64,000 bases of DNA. Source: Callorhinchus milii (lineage: Eukaryota). Below, piece after piece: positions 51,497 to 64,000 of this stretch. The stretch covers positions 19,718,001-19,782,000 of the forward strand of contig NW_024704743.1 of the NCBI RefSeq assembly GCF_018977255.1, written 5' to 3'. The translations under genes were made by a program, and so were the position numbers. Below the pieces are notes generated by a model. It saw only the letters and a program-made list of their open reading frames with translations, was not told where the DNA came from and did not search any database. Positions within the stretch are counted from its first letter, which is position 1; each line of letters opens with the position of its first letter.

Positions 51497-53029
51497 TTAA
51501 CCTTTGTATTTGATATAGTGCCTTATCACATCATTAAGAAGCCTCAAAGTGCTTCACAAGATTTTACTGTAAAGTATAGTGATGGTGTATTTGTAGACGA
51601 TTGTGGCAATCAAATTAAATAATTATTTATATTGTTAAAAAAAACATTCACAACATGCAACTACAATCAGCAAGGTGAATGCAGTCAATGTTAAGACGAC
51701 ACCTTCAAGCAATTCTGGAACTATTTCTAAGAGTATATTTTGGAGAAAAAAAACTATATTTACATTGCTGAGACCCTGGGCAAGGACATGGACATGGAAT
51801 GTGGCATGTGGAACAGCTCTATGATTGTTTCCTCAGCCCATATGAGTGATTTATTTTGGCATCTCTGGGTTTCTGTGTGGTGTTTAGTGCCTTTGTTTGT
51901 TCCATTCCACAACTTTATTACCAGCTGTTTGAAGTCATGAATCCATTTCCTGAAAACCTATAGCATTCATTCAATTGGGGAAATTGGGTTGACTTTCTTC
52001 CGCAATGCAACCCATGAGGATAACAAGCACCTTTTGGAATTCGGGAATTACTCAAATAAAAGGATTCAATTCCATTTAAAATGGCCACTTTCTGAGCAAA
52101 CAGTCTCAATCTCGTTCACTGGGGCACATGATTTTGAATCAGGCTTCTATTTCAGTGACTTATGCCCTTTAATGTCATTTTAGTTGTCAGACTGGTTCCA
52201 TCAGGCGCACTCTCGCTCTGAGTCGGAAGGTTGTGGGTTCAGAGGACACCATGTTAAAATATAGCGACTGTGTGTTTTGTGGCCAAACAATTGTCTTGGG
52301 TGTTTTCACACCATTGTCAAATTGAAACAACCTTGAAGAAAATAATTTGTTTGTCCTCAAAATACACTTATTGGTTATATATCCACAAACCTAGAGATCT
52401 TATGCACTTCAGTTAAACCAAAGCTAAACAAAACAGGTTTCAAATAATGCCACCGAACATCTCGCCTCAATTACTCCAGTGGTAGGAGGCACCTGTCTCA
52501 TCTCACCAATCCAGAATAAAGTCATCGTGAATAACTTGCATTGACCTGGTTGACAATTGTTCTGCTGTTGTACGTTCTGCCCTGAATCGTTCCTTTTGCT
52601 AAAAGACTGGAACACCAAATCTCACGGGTACTTGAATAATATACTATAATATAACACAGTGTATATGTTGGCAAACTTTCTAAGCAATGTTCTTTAAGAC
52701 ACTGTATAAAAGTCCAAACAAGGGATCAGTAACTCAGTGCTGTGGATAATAAGTCACGGTGCTGGATTGTGCTGCTGCTGTCCCTGTGGATTGGGTATGA
52801 GTATCGTCAGCAAAGGCAACACTCTCTTTCATATATATTTTTAAAATAAGTTATAAACTATAATATGGTCAGAATAAGTGGGCCAGAAAGACAGAATGCA
52901 GCCAGCCAGCTGGCCCACAAACAAAGCTCTATCTTCACATATTCTGCCTAAGGCTGATTGAGAACATCAGTCACAGCAGTAGCTGGGGAAATTGGCAAAT
53001 AGATCCATAATGAAATCACTAGCATCATA

Positions 53030-53230
53030 TATCACCTGGACAGAAAAATTTCAGTAAAGTTTTATTTAGGGGAGATGCTCCAGGGGGCATGGGAGTACAC
53101 TCAATGGCTCGCAGGAGGTAACAAATGTCCTGCAGTAATGAAAACAATTCTCTTACTTTGCTCTCAGTTGCTCTGAGAGTCAAAGAGGAGAGATGAAACA
53201 AACTCACTGGAGCACTAACCTCAGACCTCC
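53030..53230 (-). pseudogene. HARBI1-like (PIF/Harbinger) transposase N-terminal remnant
   Basis: Minus strand tctgaggttagtgctccagtgagtttgtttc resembles codons for SE.QCL.RLRF. It is followed by DICYLLR...PMPPG...LKFFCPG, resembling EIC.LL..L.P...ALP...LNFFA.G. Confidence 0.45.
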
Positions 53231-53333
53231 CCTTTGATCCTGCTAGCTAGCTGATTCCTCCAGGGATCTGAAAGACGGTGCCATAGAAATTGACATCTGA
53301 AGTCATTTTCACTGGCATCAGCAAGCCTCCTAC

Positions 53334-53703
53334 AATAATAATAATCCTTGCATTTGATATAGTGCCTTATCATGTCTTCAAGACGTCTCAAAGCGCTTCA
53401 CAGAATATATTGTAAAGTAAATTGATTGTATATTTTATCCACGAAAAGTGGCAGCCAATTGCATACAGCAGTATCCCACAAGCAGTCATGGATTGAGTGA
53501 CCACATATTTTTTACTGAAGGGATTATTACCCCTGGAAAAGAAATCCACCAATCAATTAACAACTGGGTTACCTCTACTTACCGCTAGGTAAACAGTGGC
53601 ATGTAGCATAAGGAAACTTGCCTAAGTTTTGCCCTGTCTGGGAATTGAACCAGTCCTTTCACTTGCGAGGTGAGTGTTCTAACCACTAAGCTATAGGACT
53701 CCA
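53334..53703 (-). mobile_element. Full-length tRNA-derived SINE
   Basis: Reverse complement of head, body and tail of the 13075-type family. Confidence 0.9.
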
Positions 53704-54064
53704 ACGCCTCATAGAGCAACTGTTTGATGAATCTTAATCTTCAGTAACAGACAAGATGCAGCCAGCTTTTATAACCAACTTGCTATCTGAACACATTTTT
53801 GCAATCTACTCTTCAGACTTGGTGCTTTGAAAGTAGACAGTCTTTACCCAATTTGGAATTTGGTTGGTTCTTAAAGTTTCAGCTGTTATGTTATTGCCCG
53901 ATTCCCGATTGCTAAAGGATCTTAAAGTGCAATACATCAGTTCATCTGTGATGGCTTACACAAAAAGTCTTCTGCCATTGCATAATTGAAAAATTAAACT
54001 TTTCAAAAGATTATTTATTATTTGCAATGATCTATTATGAAGGTGAACACCATTCTATTCAATA

Positions 54065-54472
54065 AAGGTGTCGGTCTGCTCAGTTATGGGTTCTAGTCCT
54101 ACATCAAGCCTCTGAACCCATCGTCTAAACAGTACAATGCAGTGTGGGGAGAGTGTTGCAGTGTCAGAGGAGCCATCCATTGAATGAGATGTTAATTCCA
54201 GGTCCTGTCTGCTTGTTTAGATGGACGGTAAAGATCTCATTGCACTAATTAAAAAGACGTAGGAGTTTCTCCCACTATCTTGGCCACCAATTCCCCAGAA
54301 GAAAATTGGTCATTTTGTTCATTGCTGTTTGTGGGACATTGTTTGCACAAATTGGCTGCCATGTATTCCTACAAATGCACAGTCACTACAGTTTACAGTA
54401 ACTCCTGTGAAGCACTTGAGACGATTTAACAAAGTGATAAGGTGCTATATCAAATGAAAGGACTATTTATTA
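54065..54472 (+). mobile_element. Deu-domain SINE
   Basis: gagatgttaattccaggtcctgtctgcttgtttagatggacggtaaagatctcattgcact core and tail. Confidence 0.8.
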
Positions 54473-55619
54473 TAAAGCATTTTAAGTAGGAAAATTGAAT
54501 GTTCTGCTCAATGTTAAGTATTTTTACCAGTTTTACATTGGTTTTCTACTCCTCTGTTATGTCCCTGGATGGGCCAGCAAGTTAGGTCTCTTCCTGTAAC
54601 TCTCTGAATCTGCTGTGAGCCACGTGATAAGTGTGAGTTAGCTCATGCTCTGATTGTTCATCATTCTTGCTTTCGCCCACAAAATATACAGTCAAATCAC
54701 TTTACAATATATCCTGTGAAGCACTTTGAGACGTCTCGAAGATGTAATAAGGCACTATATCAGATGCAAGGTTTATTTTTATTATTAAGGAGCATTTCAA
54801 AATATATCTTAACCTTGTCCATAGTGTCATACAGCACAGAAACAGGCCATTCAGCCCAACTAGTTTGTGCGGGTGATTATGCTCCACATGAGATTAAATA
54901 AGGGATGTCTTTAGGAATACTGCAATTTTGCTACTATAAATACAATCTTATGACATGAAGTGGTTTTATCAGTGTGCCAAAAGAGCCTCCAACTTTACAT
55001 TTTTTAACCATGTGTGGGAAGTGCAGTGTGTTATGCAGAAGCCAAACTTTCATCTGTTTTTATTTATTTTTCTCTTGTCTTCAAGATGTTTGAATCATAC
55101 ATGAGCACTTTGTGGGACCCCCTCTAATCAGTCTGTTTCAGAGATTTTTCTCGTCATCATTGAGTTCCCAATTTCCAGTCCGTATTGATGACACATGAGG
55201 AATGTATGATTCCAATGATGTCAGCACATTTCCCTGGTGTATACCAAATTTCATGGTTTATTTCAAATTTCTTTTGTGTGCGGGGGGGCGGGGTGGGGGG
55301 GAGGAGAAAGAAACAATATACTGTGGTCATCCAATAGCACAGCTTTTACTTTACTTTATTTAATGCAATTCTCTTATAAATCCTGTGAATGTTTATTATT
55401 AAAGAAAGAGAAGTTGGTGATTCCCAATGACACTGCTGAATGTTTGCCCAAATCAGTCAACTAATTCCCATCTTGAACAGATTTCAATAGTTTCTGCAGG
55501 GTTCAATGGAAACAATGACATTCAATAGCAGAAAATAGGCATATATATATATACTTAGACTTTCTGGAGTTAGTCATTATAGACTTAACACTCAATAAAA
55601 GAGGCTTTTGCCTTGTGTT

Positions 55620-56060
55620 CGAATTCAAGATCCTCATCCTTACCTACACGACCATTCACGGCCTTGCTCTCTCCTACCTCTCTGACCTACTATCCCCCTA
55701 CCTACCTGCCCGTACCCTCCGTTCCTCTGGCTCCGGTCTGCTCCACATCCCCCACCCCAACCGCCCTACCATCGGTGGCCGGGCCTTCAGCCTCTCAGCC
55801 CCTAGGCTCTGGAACTCTATCCCCCAGTGCCTTCGCCGCCTCCTCCCTTTCCTCCTTCAAGGCCGGTCTCAAGACCTTTCTCTTTGACCGTGCCTTCAGC
55901 TCCCCTCTCGACTCTCTACCCCCTCCTCGCTCCCATCCTTCCTTCCCCTCACCCTGACAATTTCCCCCCTGCTCGGGTCCTGACCCAACTGTACAGCTCC
56001 TTGGGACTTCCTCCCGACGTGAAAGGCGCTCTATAAATGGAATCTTTTTGTTATTGTTGT
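55620..56060 (+). mobile_element. Young L2 3' fragment (same subfamily as 29036-29620)
   Basis: FKILILTY...GGRAFSLSAPRLWNSIP; has a single copy of the 45-bp unit that is duplicated at 29431. Confidence 0.93.
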
Positions 56061-56663
56061 GTTATTGTGCAGCTATTAGCATTGCCTTCATTATTTATTT
56101 AGATTTAGATACTAACTATATTGCATGTGCTGTGTAGTAATATTTTACATGCTTTAAGTTTACTACAAAGCAGTCAGATATTATATTATGTGATAGTTTC
56201 CCTGCCTTTTCTGAAAATAGTCATTGTGCTATGAGGTGGGGAGCAACTGTTGTGCACCTTTCCATGTAGTTATCCCGCACTACTGAACTGATGCAAAACT
56301 AAAATACCTTTCCTTTCACTCTTTATTGGACTCATAGAATTTTATCCTCGATATGAGTACTGATGCAGGTCACAGGGAGAAATTCCACCCGAGTCTAGAT
56401 TTTTTTCATCCAGCATTTAATAGCAGCCAAAATCTGGATGAGCAATTTTCCTTTTCAGTGACAGTTTGGGTACTGTATAATATAAAAGTGTGCTGTGAAG
56501 TCCTCAGTTAGTCCATACGGAAATAAAATTCAACATTTCTTTGAAGCAGCCCTGAAACTTGAAACAACGGTTTGTTGAAGTTCAAACACTGTTTTGCCAA
56601 TTGTGGGCTGTTTGTCTGGAGGGGCCTTTGACAGGCAGATTGGCAGGTCTGAAGGGGAATAAC

Positions 56664-56694
<31 letters not shown>

Positions 56695-57026
56695 AGAGAC
56701 CTGATCAGATTGTTTTCCGTACTGTGGAGGCCTATTGTGTATTGTGGACACTCTTCGACTATGCCTATGTTCCACCACTATCAAGCTCTCTAGGATGCTA
56801 ACCTGCATGAAGAGTGCAACATAAATGCAAATTGTTGTTGTTGGTTGAAAAAAAGTATCATTTTACAAAGTGAACCAGATTGTCATTAAAACTTTCTATT
56901 TTGTTATTCTGTCTGTGTATGCAAATACATATGCATATGCAATATGCAGGCGACACAATAAGCTGCGAAGGAGTGAAGAGGAGAAAGGAGCTATTCAGGT
57001 CATTCAATAAGAGATAAACCAGACAA

Positions 57027-57936
57027 TGGTGCTGGACAATCAGTGTTTCGGACCCGAGCTGGGGGTCAGGATCGGGGAAAAGGTGGAGGAGAGGAGGGGA
57101 AGGAGGGTGACCGAAGGCACGGTCAAAGAGGAGGGTTTTGTGATGGGTCTTGCAGGAGGCAGAGGAGGGCGCGAGGCGGAGGGACTGCGGGATGGAGTTC
57201 CAAAGAGTGGGGGCAGAGTGGCTGATGGCCGCCCGCCAATGGTGGGGAAGGTGAGGCGGGGGAGGTGAAGCAGGCCGGAGCCTGCTGAGCAGAAAGAGCG
57301 GGCAGAATGGTAGGGGCTTAGGCGGTTGCAGAGGTAGGGGGGAGCAAGGCCATGGAGGGCTTTGAAAGTGAGGACCAGGATCTTGAACTGTATCTTCTGT
57401 GTGATGGGAAGCCGGTGGAGTTGGGCGAGGTTAAGGGTGATAGGATCGCAGAGCCCAGTGGGGGAGAGGACACAGGCTGCAGAGTTCCGAATGATCTGCA
57501 GCCTATGGAGGGAGATGTTGATGATGCTGAGAAGTAGGGAATTTGCGTATTTGAGCCTGGATGTTGTGAATACGTGTATGAGGGTCTCGGTAGCCTGAGG
57601 TGTGAGACAGTGGCAGAGCCGGGGGATGTTGCGGAGGTGGGGGAAGGCAGAGCGGGTCATGGCACGGATGTGGGGTAGAAAGGACAGTTGAAGGTCAAAC
57701 AAGATGCCAAGGTTCTGGACTGGCTTAGTGAGGTGGAGTGTGCATCCATGGATGGTGATGCTGTCAGCGCCTGAGGTGAGGAAGCGCTGACAGGAGCCAA
57801 TCAGGAGAGCCTCGGTCTTGTTGATGTTCAACTGTAGAAAGTTAGACCTCATCCAGGACTTGATATTTGACAGACATTCTGTCAGGACAGCAGTGGTCCT
57901 GGAGTCGAGGGTGGAGGCAGAGAGATAGATTTGGGT
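57027..57936 (-). mobile_element. L2 fragment (post-YADD RT and C-terminus), 3' tail missing
   Basis: ORF 57040-57981 TQIYLSASTLDSRTTAVLTECLSNIKSWMRSNFLQLNINKTE...; same subfamily as 45465-46983. Confidence 0.95.
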
Positions 57937-58697
57937 ACCAGTTAATAAAGTCAATTTAAGGTTTATGTCAGAAAAAGCCACTGGAATTTCTTATCTTATT
58001 AATAAGAAATAATAACTTAACTCTTTAAATTCCATCATAAATTCCTCTGACATCCCATATGAATTTCTGACAATAGATGCAATAAGTAGTTAACATAGAT
58101 TTACATTGGTCATGTACCATAAATTTTGTGAAATTCTTGAGGAAATATTGATAAAGTTCCATATGTGAGATCTTTAAAGGTTAAAGCTCTGAGGAGCTGA
58201 GATCCCAATTTTAACAGAGAAGACTTAACAGCTAGAGTAGGTAATCAGTAAGAGTGTTCGTAAAAAAATAAAAATAATAATCCTTATATTTGATGTAGCT
58301 TCTTGGCATGTCAGGCAGACGTCTCAAAGAGCTTCATATGATTTACTGTTAAGTGCAGTGAGTGCATTTTATAGGCACAGCAATGTCCCACCAACAGCCA
58401 TGAAGTGAATGATCAATTTTATTTGAGAGATTGTTGGCCAGGACACCATTAGAAACTCTTTTTTCTTTTCAAATAGTGCTATGGAATCATTAACGTCAGC
58501 CTAGACCAGTGGGTGGCCATCCTTAATGGTTGGCCAACAAAATAATTGTTTTGATTGATTACTTCTTGATTTGTGGCATTAAATTGTGATATCTTATCCC
58601 TGGTATCCCCTTCTCATTGAACATTTGAATCTCCTCTGAATTAGAATACCCAGTGAGCCTTCTCCAAGATTTGATGTGATGTGGCTACAGTATATCT

Positions 58698-59024
58698 AGT
58701 GGAGTCCTGTAGCTCAGTGGTTAGAGCACTCGCTTTGCAAGCGAGAGACCTGAGTTCAATTCCAGGCAGGTCAGGGCGAAACCTTGGGCAAGTTTCCTTA
58801 CTCCACACGCCTGATAATAATCCCTCCAAAACCAAAAACAATAATAAATTGGTCATTTTCAATCTACGACTGTTTGTGGGACATTGCTGTGCGCTATTGG
58901 CTGCCGCGTTCGCCCACAAATATACAGTCAATTCACTTTGCAGTGTGTTCTGTGAAACGCTTTGGGACGTCCTCCCGACGTGAAAAGCGCTATATCAAAT
59001 GCAAGGATTATTATTATTATTATT
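58698..59024 (+). mobile_element. Young tRNA-derived SINE, internally deleted subfamily with L2-identical stem-loop
   Basis: Near-identical to 43433-43763; tail tgggacgtcctcccgacgtgaaaagcgc. Confidence 0.92.
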
Positions 59025-59275
59025 ATCCCACTGTTGGTGGGTGAGCTTTCAGCCATTCTGCCCCCATTCTCTGGAACTCCAGTCTTACGTCCCTCCACCT
59101 CTATCCCATCCTCCCTATGTTTAAAGTCATTTAATTTCAACTGTGCTTCCCCTTCCCCCTACACCTTTCTCACCTCCTGCCATTCCCAGCTTGGGCTCCC
59201 AGGCAGCTTTGTGAAGCACTTGATATGCCTTCACATCATGAAAGGTGCTCTATAAATATAAAACTGTTGTTGTTC
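59025..59275 (+). mobile_element. L2 3' remnant
   Basis: ggtgggtgagctttcagccattctgccccc...ctctggaactcc and a degenerate tail. Confidence 0.75.
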
Positions 59276-61469
59276 AATTAATGACTCCATTATATGTGGG
59301 TGAATACAGGTTGGTTTCAATTAGCTTAATTAGTTTAAGACTGTCCTCATACTGATTCATTCAAATTGTGATGCATCTACCTTGTCATTGTTTAAACAAA
59401 ACGTGGATTTAGAGTTTAATAAACAGCCACATGCTGCTGCACACCTCAATCTCCGGAGTTGTTTCATCCTATACCTACAAACAGTTCACTCCACTTACAG
59501 CAAGGTGAAACCTCTGTTAAATTGGCCTGAGCTGTGCCAAACGTGGTCCAAATTGCCAATGAAATCCAATATTTATTCTTGCATAGTAATGGTATGGAAC
59601 CTTAACCATTTCATTTTGGGCAGCTATATTGAAGAATGAGCCAAGACAAAAACCCTGACAGTTCCCATTCTCTGATGATTGTGAAGCTCCCAGGTGAAAT
59701 TAATCTATGATAGCTCAACTTATTTTCCAGTAAGAATGAGTCCACATTATTTTAAATATAATAATAATAATGCTTGCATTTGATACAGTGCCTTATCATG
59801 TTATTGACCTGTGTCAAAGTGCTTCACAAAACATACAGTAAAGTGAATTGACTTTGCAGATTTTGCAGGCGAAAATATGGTGCATATTGGCATTATTTTA
59901 GTATGCACTATTTTGTTTTGGCTGACTCACAGAACAGAAAAACAGAAAAGATGCCTTTACGGAGAAGAAAGAAATTTGTGTAGAAACTACCTGGCTGGTT
60001 CTAGAATGGTTAACTGCAAAACATAATTGGCTTCTTTGGTGAGAATAAGTGCATAATACTGGAACTCGGATAACAATAATGTGCTGGATTCCACTAACCT
60101 AATCTTCAAAGACATCTTTGATTCCATGTGTTATTTGGTAGAGTTGAATTCTGACCTATCCTCCAAAAATAAACTGGCAGCGACTCCCTTTGTTAAGCCT
60201 TGCTGCTGGTTTACACTGGCATGTTTGCTATGATCTGGCAAAGTGTGTATCAAGCAGTAGGAAAAATCTAAGAACACTTTATATGTTGGTAGTCATTTTT
60301 GACTGGGCCAATTGATATGCCAAAAGAAATGAGAGAATGTCTTTGTTACAAGAATGATGGAATCAAAGAGAGTTTACACAACAGGAGGAGGACCACCAGG
60401 ACATTTCGCCTTCAAATGCACAGTCACTACACTTCACAGTAAAATCCTGCAAAGCGCTTTGAATCAGCTAAACTGAAGAAACAGGAGCCAAATCATATAT
60501 TCACATTAGTATTGTCTCACAAAAATACACAGACAATATACTTTACAATATGTCCAATGAAGTGATTTGAGACATGCTCCCAACATGAAAAGCATTATAT
60601 CAAATTGCAAGAATTATTATTATTACTAATTATTATTATTATTAAATAGCCCATTTGTTCTGTTCTGGTGCTAGCTTCCTTATTGGAGCTACATGCTCTA
60701 ATCCCATGCCCCTGCTCAATCATAATCCTCAATTTATGTTGCATTTTTATTGACTCACCGATCATTAGAAATAGTCCTTCCTTAGCAAATTATCCCACAT
60801 TCAGAATTTAAAAACAAACTTCCATTATATCCTTCTCTGCCCCAGCAAAAACAATCTCATTATTCTAACTGTCCAATATGTAGTATAAACAGGAGCTCAG
60901 ACAGTGTGACCACCCACTGCGTATGAAATACCCTGGGATTGCTCCCTGTATTACATTCAGACCTGTCTTGCGCATAGAAACTTTAATGTTTTTGATGCTA
61001 TTAAAAAGCCAGTCACGAGATTGTGTTCTACCTAAGCATACCTTGGTTTTTCTCATAGCTGTATTAACCCAGTTCCCTAAGAACTCTGAGATGCTACCCT
61101 GTGTAAGGGATACGATATAAATTCAAGATGTTCTTGTTGTAACCCAGTCCCTCCGATTATCCTCCACATTGCCCTCTACTTCCCCACATTCAAAGCCTTC
61201 TTTAGGATCTTTTGTTTTGACTGCATCTTTGGTTACCTTCTCCTGCAACTTTTTTCACATCCCCCATCCCCAGCTCAGGCGTGCTCAGGGTAAGTGGTGT
61301 GAAGTGCTTTGAGACACCCTCAAGGCATGAGAGGAGTTATATAAATAAAGTTGTTGTTCTGTTAATGACTCCATTATAGGTGGGTGAATACAGGTTGTTG
61401 TGAATCTCTTAGTTTAAGAGGTCCTCCTGAGGTGAAAGATGCTGTATCAAATGTGAAATCAATTTTTTA

Positions 61470-61915
61470 ACATTTTACCTGATATTGTGCCTTTCACGCC
61501 AAGAGGACATTCCAAAGTGCTTCATAGCACATTTTTTTACCGTGAAATGGAGATGCTGTGTATTTATAGGCGAATGTAGCAGCCCAATTGCCCACAACAA
61601 CAACAAATTGCATTTATATAGCGCCTTTCATGTCAGGAAGATGTCCCAAGTTGCTGCACAAACAGCCGTAAAATCAATTTTATTTAAGGGATTTTTTGGC
61701 CAGGACACTGGAAGAAACTTCCTTCTCTTTTCAAATAGCCCACCCAGACAGACATATGGGACCTATAAAGTCTCATCTAAAAGACAACACCTCCAACAAT
61801 GCAACACCCACCCCCCGCCCGGTACTGCAATAGATTTTCATCTTAGATTATGTGAGTTGAAGTCCTGTTGTGGGACTTGAACCTACAACTTTCTGACTCA
61901 GAGATGAGTGAGCCA
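61470..61915 (-). mobile_element. Degenerate Deu-domain SINE with an L2 tail inserted (about 61594-61655)
   Basis: ttggccaggacactgg...tttcaaatag...gtgggacttgaacctacaactttctgactcagag. Confidence 0.7.
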
Positions 61916-63609
61916 CCAAGTCTGTGGAATTCTCTTTGATCACCAGGTATGGAATCCACAAGAAAAAAGTTGGTCTACATTAGGGTGATCCACAGACAAA
62001 GGAATCAAATCCTACTTTCATATTAGTATTGCCTACAAAAATAGTCACTACACTTTACAGTATATCATGTGAAGTGCTTTGAGACGCCCTCCTGATGTGT
62101 AAGGCACTCCATCAAATGTAAGGATTATTATTATTATCATCATGGAGGCCTTGTCTTCAGCAACTACGCTGTTAACCTCTAAAACATCCTGCCTCATCCC
62201 CTCTTTATCTAGCTTTAAATCCGACCTGAAGACCTCCCTCTTCAACCGTGCCTATTGTCACCTTCCCCTCCCCTTCTCCCTTGCTCAGTGTCCAACCCAT
62301 CATTGTACAGTGCCTCAAGACACTGTCCTGCATGTAGGATGCAATATAAATACAACTTGTTGTTGTTGTTGTATCATCAAAAAGTCTCCATTTACTTCAA
62401 TCCTGCAATAGGAAGACCTGCAAAAAATCACAGGGATTGATTGCACTGAGAGGTGAAATTGTTTCATTTAAATTTATTTAAAACAGTATTCATATCAGCA
62501 GCATGATAATTTGTGGGGGAATATGTAGCCTCATTGTCACAGTTTCTTTCCAAGTCCCTCCCTGCCTCACCTGGAGACATTTGCTTTGAGTTTTCAGCTA
62601 CTGAGGATTGTAACTGATATTCAACTCCCATTACTGGCTGGATTCTCACTGCACATTTGACCATGGTGTTTTGGCAAATAACAGCCCATTAGTGTTGCAT
62701 TTCAAGCGTAAAATGGGGACAATAAAAGTATTTTTCTTTGCAGATAAGTCGATTTGCACAATTGTTTTTGGAGGGGAAAATTAGAAGGTTATGGTCTCCG
62801 CCAGGCACATACTTGCAGTGAGAATATACCATCTGGTGAAAACTCTCTGGAGTATTTTCTTATCCATTTTAGCTGCCAGAATCATTTGGGGCTTTGTAAT
62901 GTTATGTCACTAGTTTCAGTATTTCAAGACCTGCAGATGTCCGATGGAATGAACCAATCTTTTAACCCTGTATAGATGTTGATCCAGCCTTAGAGGAAGA
63001 GAAAGAGAAAGCATCACGTTAATGATTCAATTTCATGTCTTTACACAAAGGGTTAGAAAAGTATGAAAAAGAGTATCCAATGAAGACTATACACAGAGTT
63101 AATTAAGGATATTAAGGGATATTGGAGAAAAGCCTAGGAAATGGCATTGAAGAGTTGCCAAAGACAAACAGCTGAACAGACCAAATTGCCTAATTTATAG
63201 CTAATACTGTTTTGTACTGGTTGACAAACGCATGTGTTGGATATGCATATGAATTTGATGATCAAAACTGCTTTGAATGCTGAGTAAAATAATATTCATT
63301 AAGAACTAATGAGACTTTAGCATCTGTTAGCAATATAATTGAAGGCCTTATATCGGGGCTTAAAATGAACACACGTTACCAAATAATTATAGTATGTGTG
63401 CAATGCTGCTGTTTTTTGTGTGGTGTTGTGCCAGTAGCTGTTTGATTTTATTATGCCCCTCAAGATAATGTCTAACAGTTCTGAAGAGTAGAAAGTGGCA
63501 GCTCAATAATTATCAGATTTATAGTGTTAGCTACAAAACCACTTTAAATTGTTTGGGTGCATTAAGCATAAACATTTAATGACAAACCAATAACCCTGAA
63601 TATCTCAGT

Positions 63610-63775
63610 CCATGCAACCTGGTTTATTGCCAGTGTCATGACCATCCAGACACAGGGAAATTTTCATGTATGGAATTTTCCATAAATATGTGGAATTCTC
63701 AATCTGGTTTGGATACTGTAAAGTATGGTGATGGATTTCTGCATGAGACAGACATCTGGCTGACCAAATAAAAAT
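63610..63775 (+). repeat. Family X repeat, 3' end
   Basis: cagacacagggaaattttcatgtatgg...caatctggtttggatactg...agacatctggctgaccaaataaaa. Confidence 0.7.
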
Positions 63776-64000
63776 TGCTCAAATTTCCTGATCTACTGAA
63801 CGAAAATGAAAAGGACTTTCTTGCAGACTATTGGAAACTATAAATAATAATCCTTGCATTTTGTATAGCGCCTTTCATGTCATGAGCACATCCCAAAGCA
63901 CTTTACAGGATTTACTGTGAAGTGTAGTGATTGCATTTGTACTTAAACACAGCAGCCCAATCGCACATAGCAATGTCCCACAGAAGCGCAATGAAAAAAA

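Noticed and set aside
58698..58770. tRNA-Ala(TGC) gene
   Set aside because: The A/B boxes and anticodon-like loop belong to a SINE head that continues into SINE body and tail; no proper acceptor stem.
22700..64000. 3' exons of a downstream neighbour gene (NEBL in mammals; SH3-coding exon)
   Set aside because: No SH3-like or other host exon was recognisable on either strand.

Overview
This is eukaryotic (vertebrate) genomic DNA. The repeat landscape is dominated by L2 LINEs, Deu-domain SINEs, a tRNA-headed SINE with an L2-type tail and CR1 remnants, which suggests a cartilaginous fish such as a chimaera or elephant shark (inference; the species cannot be fixed from sequence alone). The only host coding sequence I can support is the last two coding exons of PLXDC2 on the + strand (8596-8750, transmembrane; 16953-17072, cytoplasmic tail and stop). 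A transposon-poor stretch follows that probably holds a long 3' UTR, then about 40 kb of repeat-rich intergenic DNA. Almost all ORFs in the supplied track are broken L2/CR1/SINE fragments or chance frames. I found no evidence for a wholly new gene system. The most notable items are: a solo ERV-like LTR with a 4-bp TSD that splits a SINE and itself carries a tail-less L2 piece; two homologous Myb/SANT-like remnants flanking the transmembrane exon plus a HARBI1-like transposase remnant (fossil PIF/Harbinger); an unclassified multi-copy repeat; modular SINEs whose 3' stem-loop matches different L2 tails; several hAT/MITE-like insertions; and old local duplications. Repeat boundaries are approximate (read by eye) unless a TSD or TIR is quoted.
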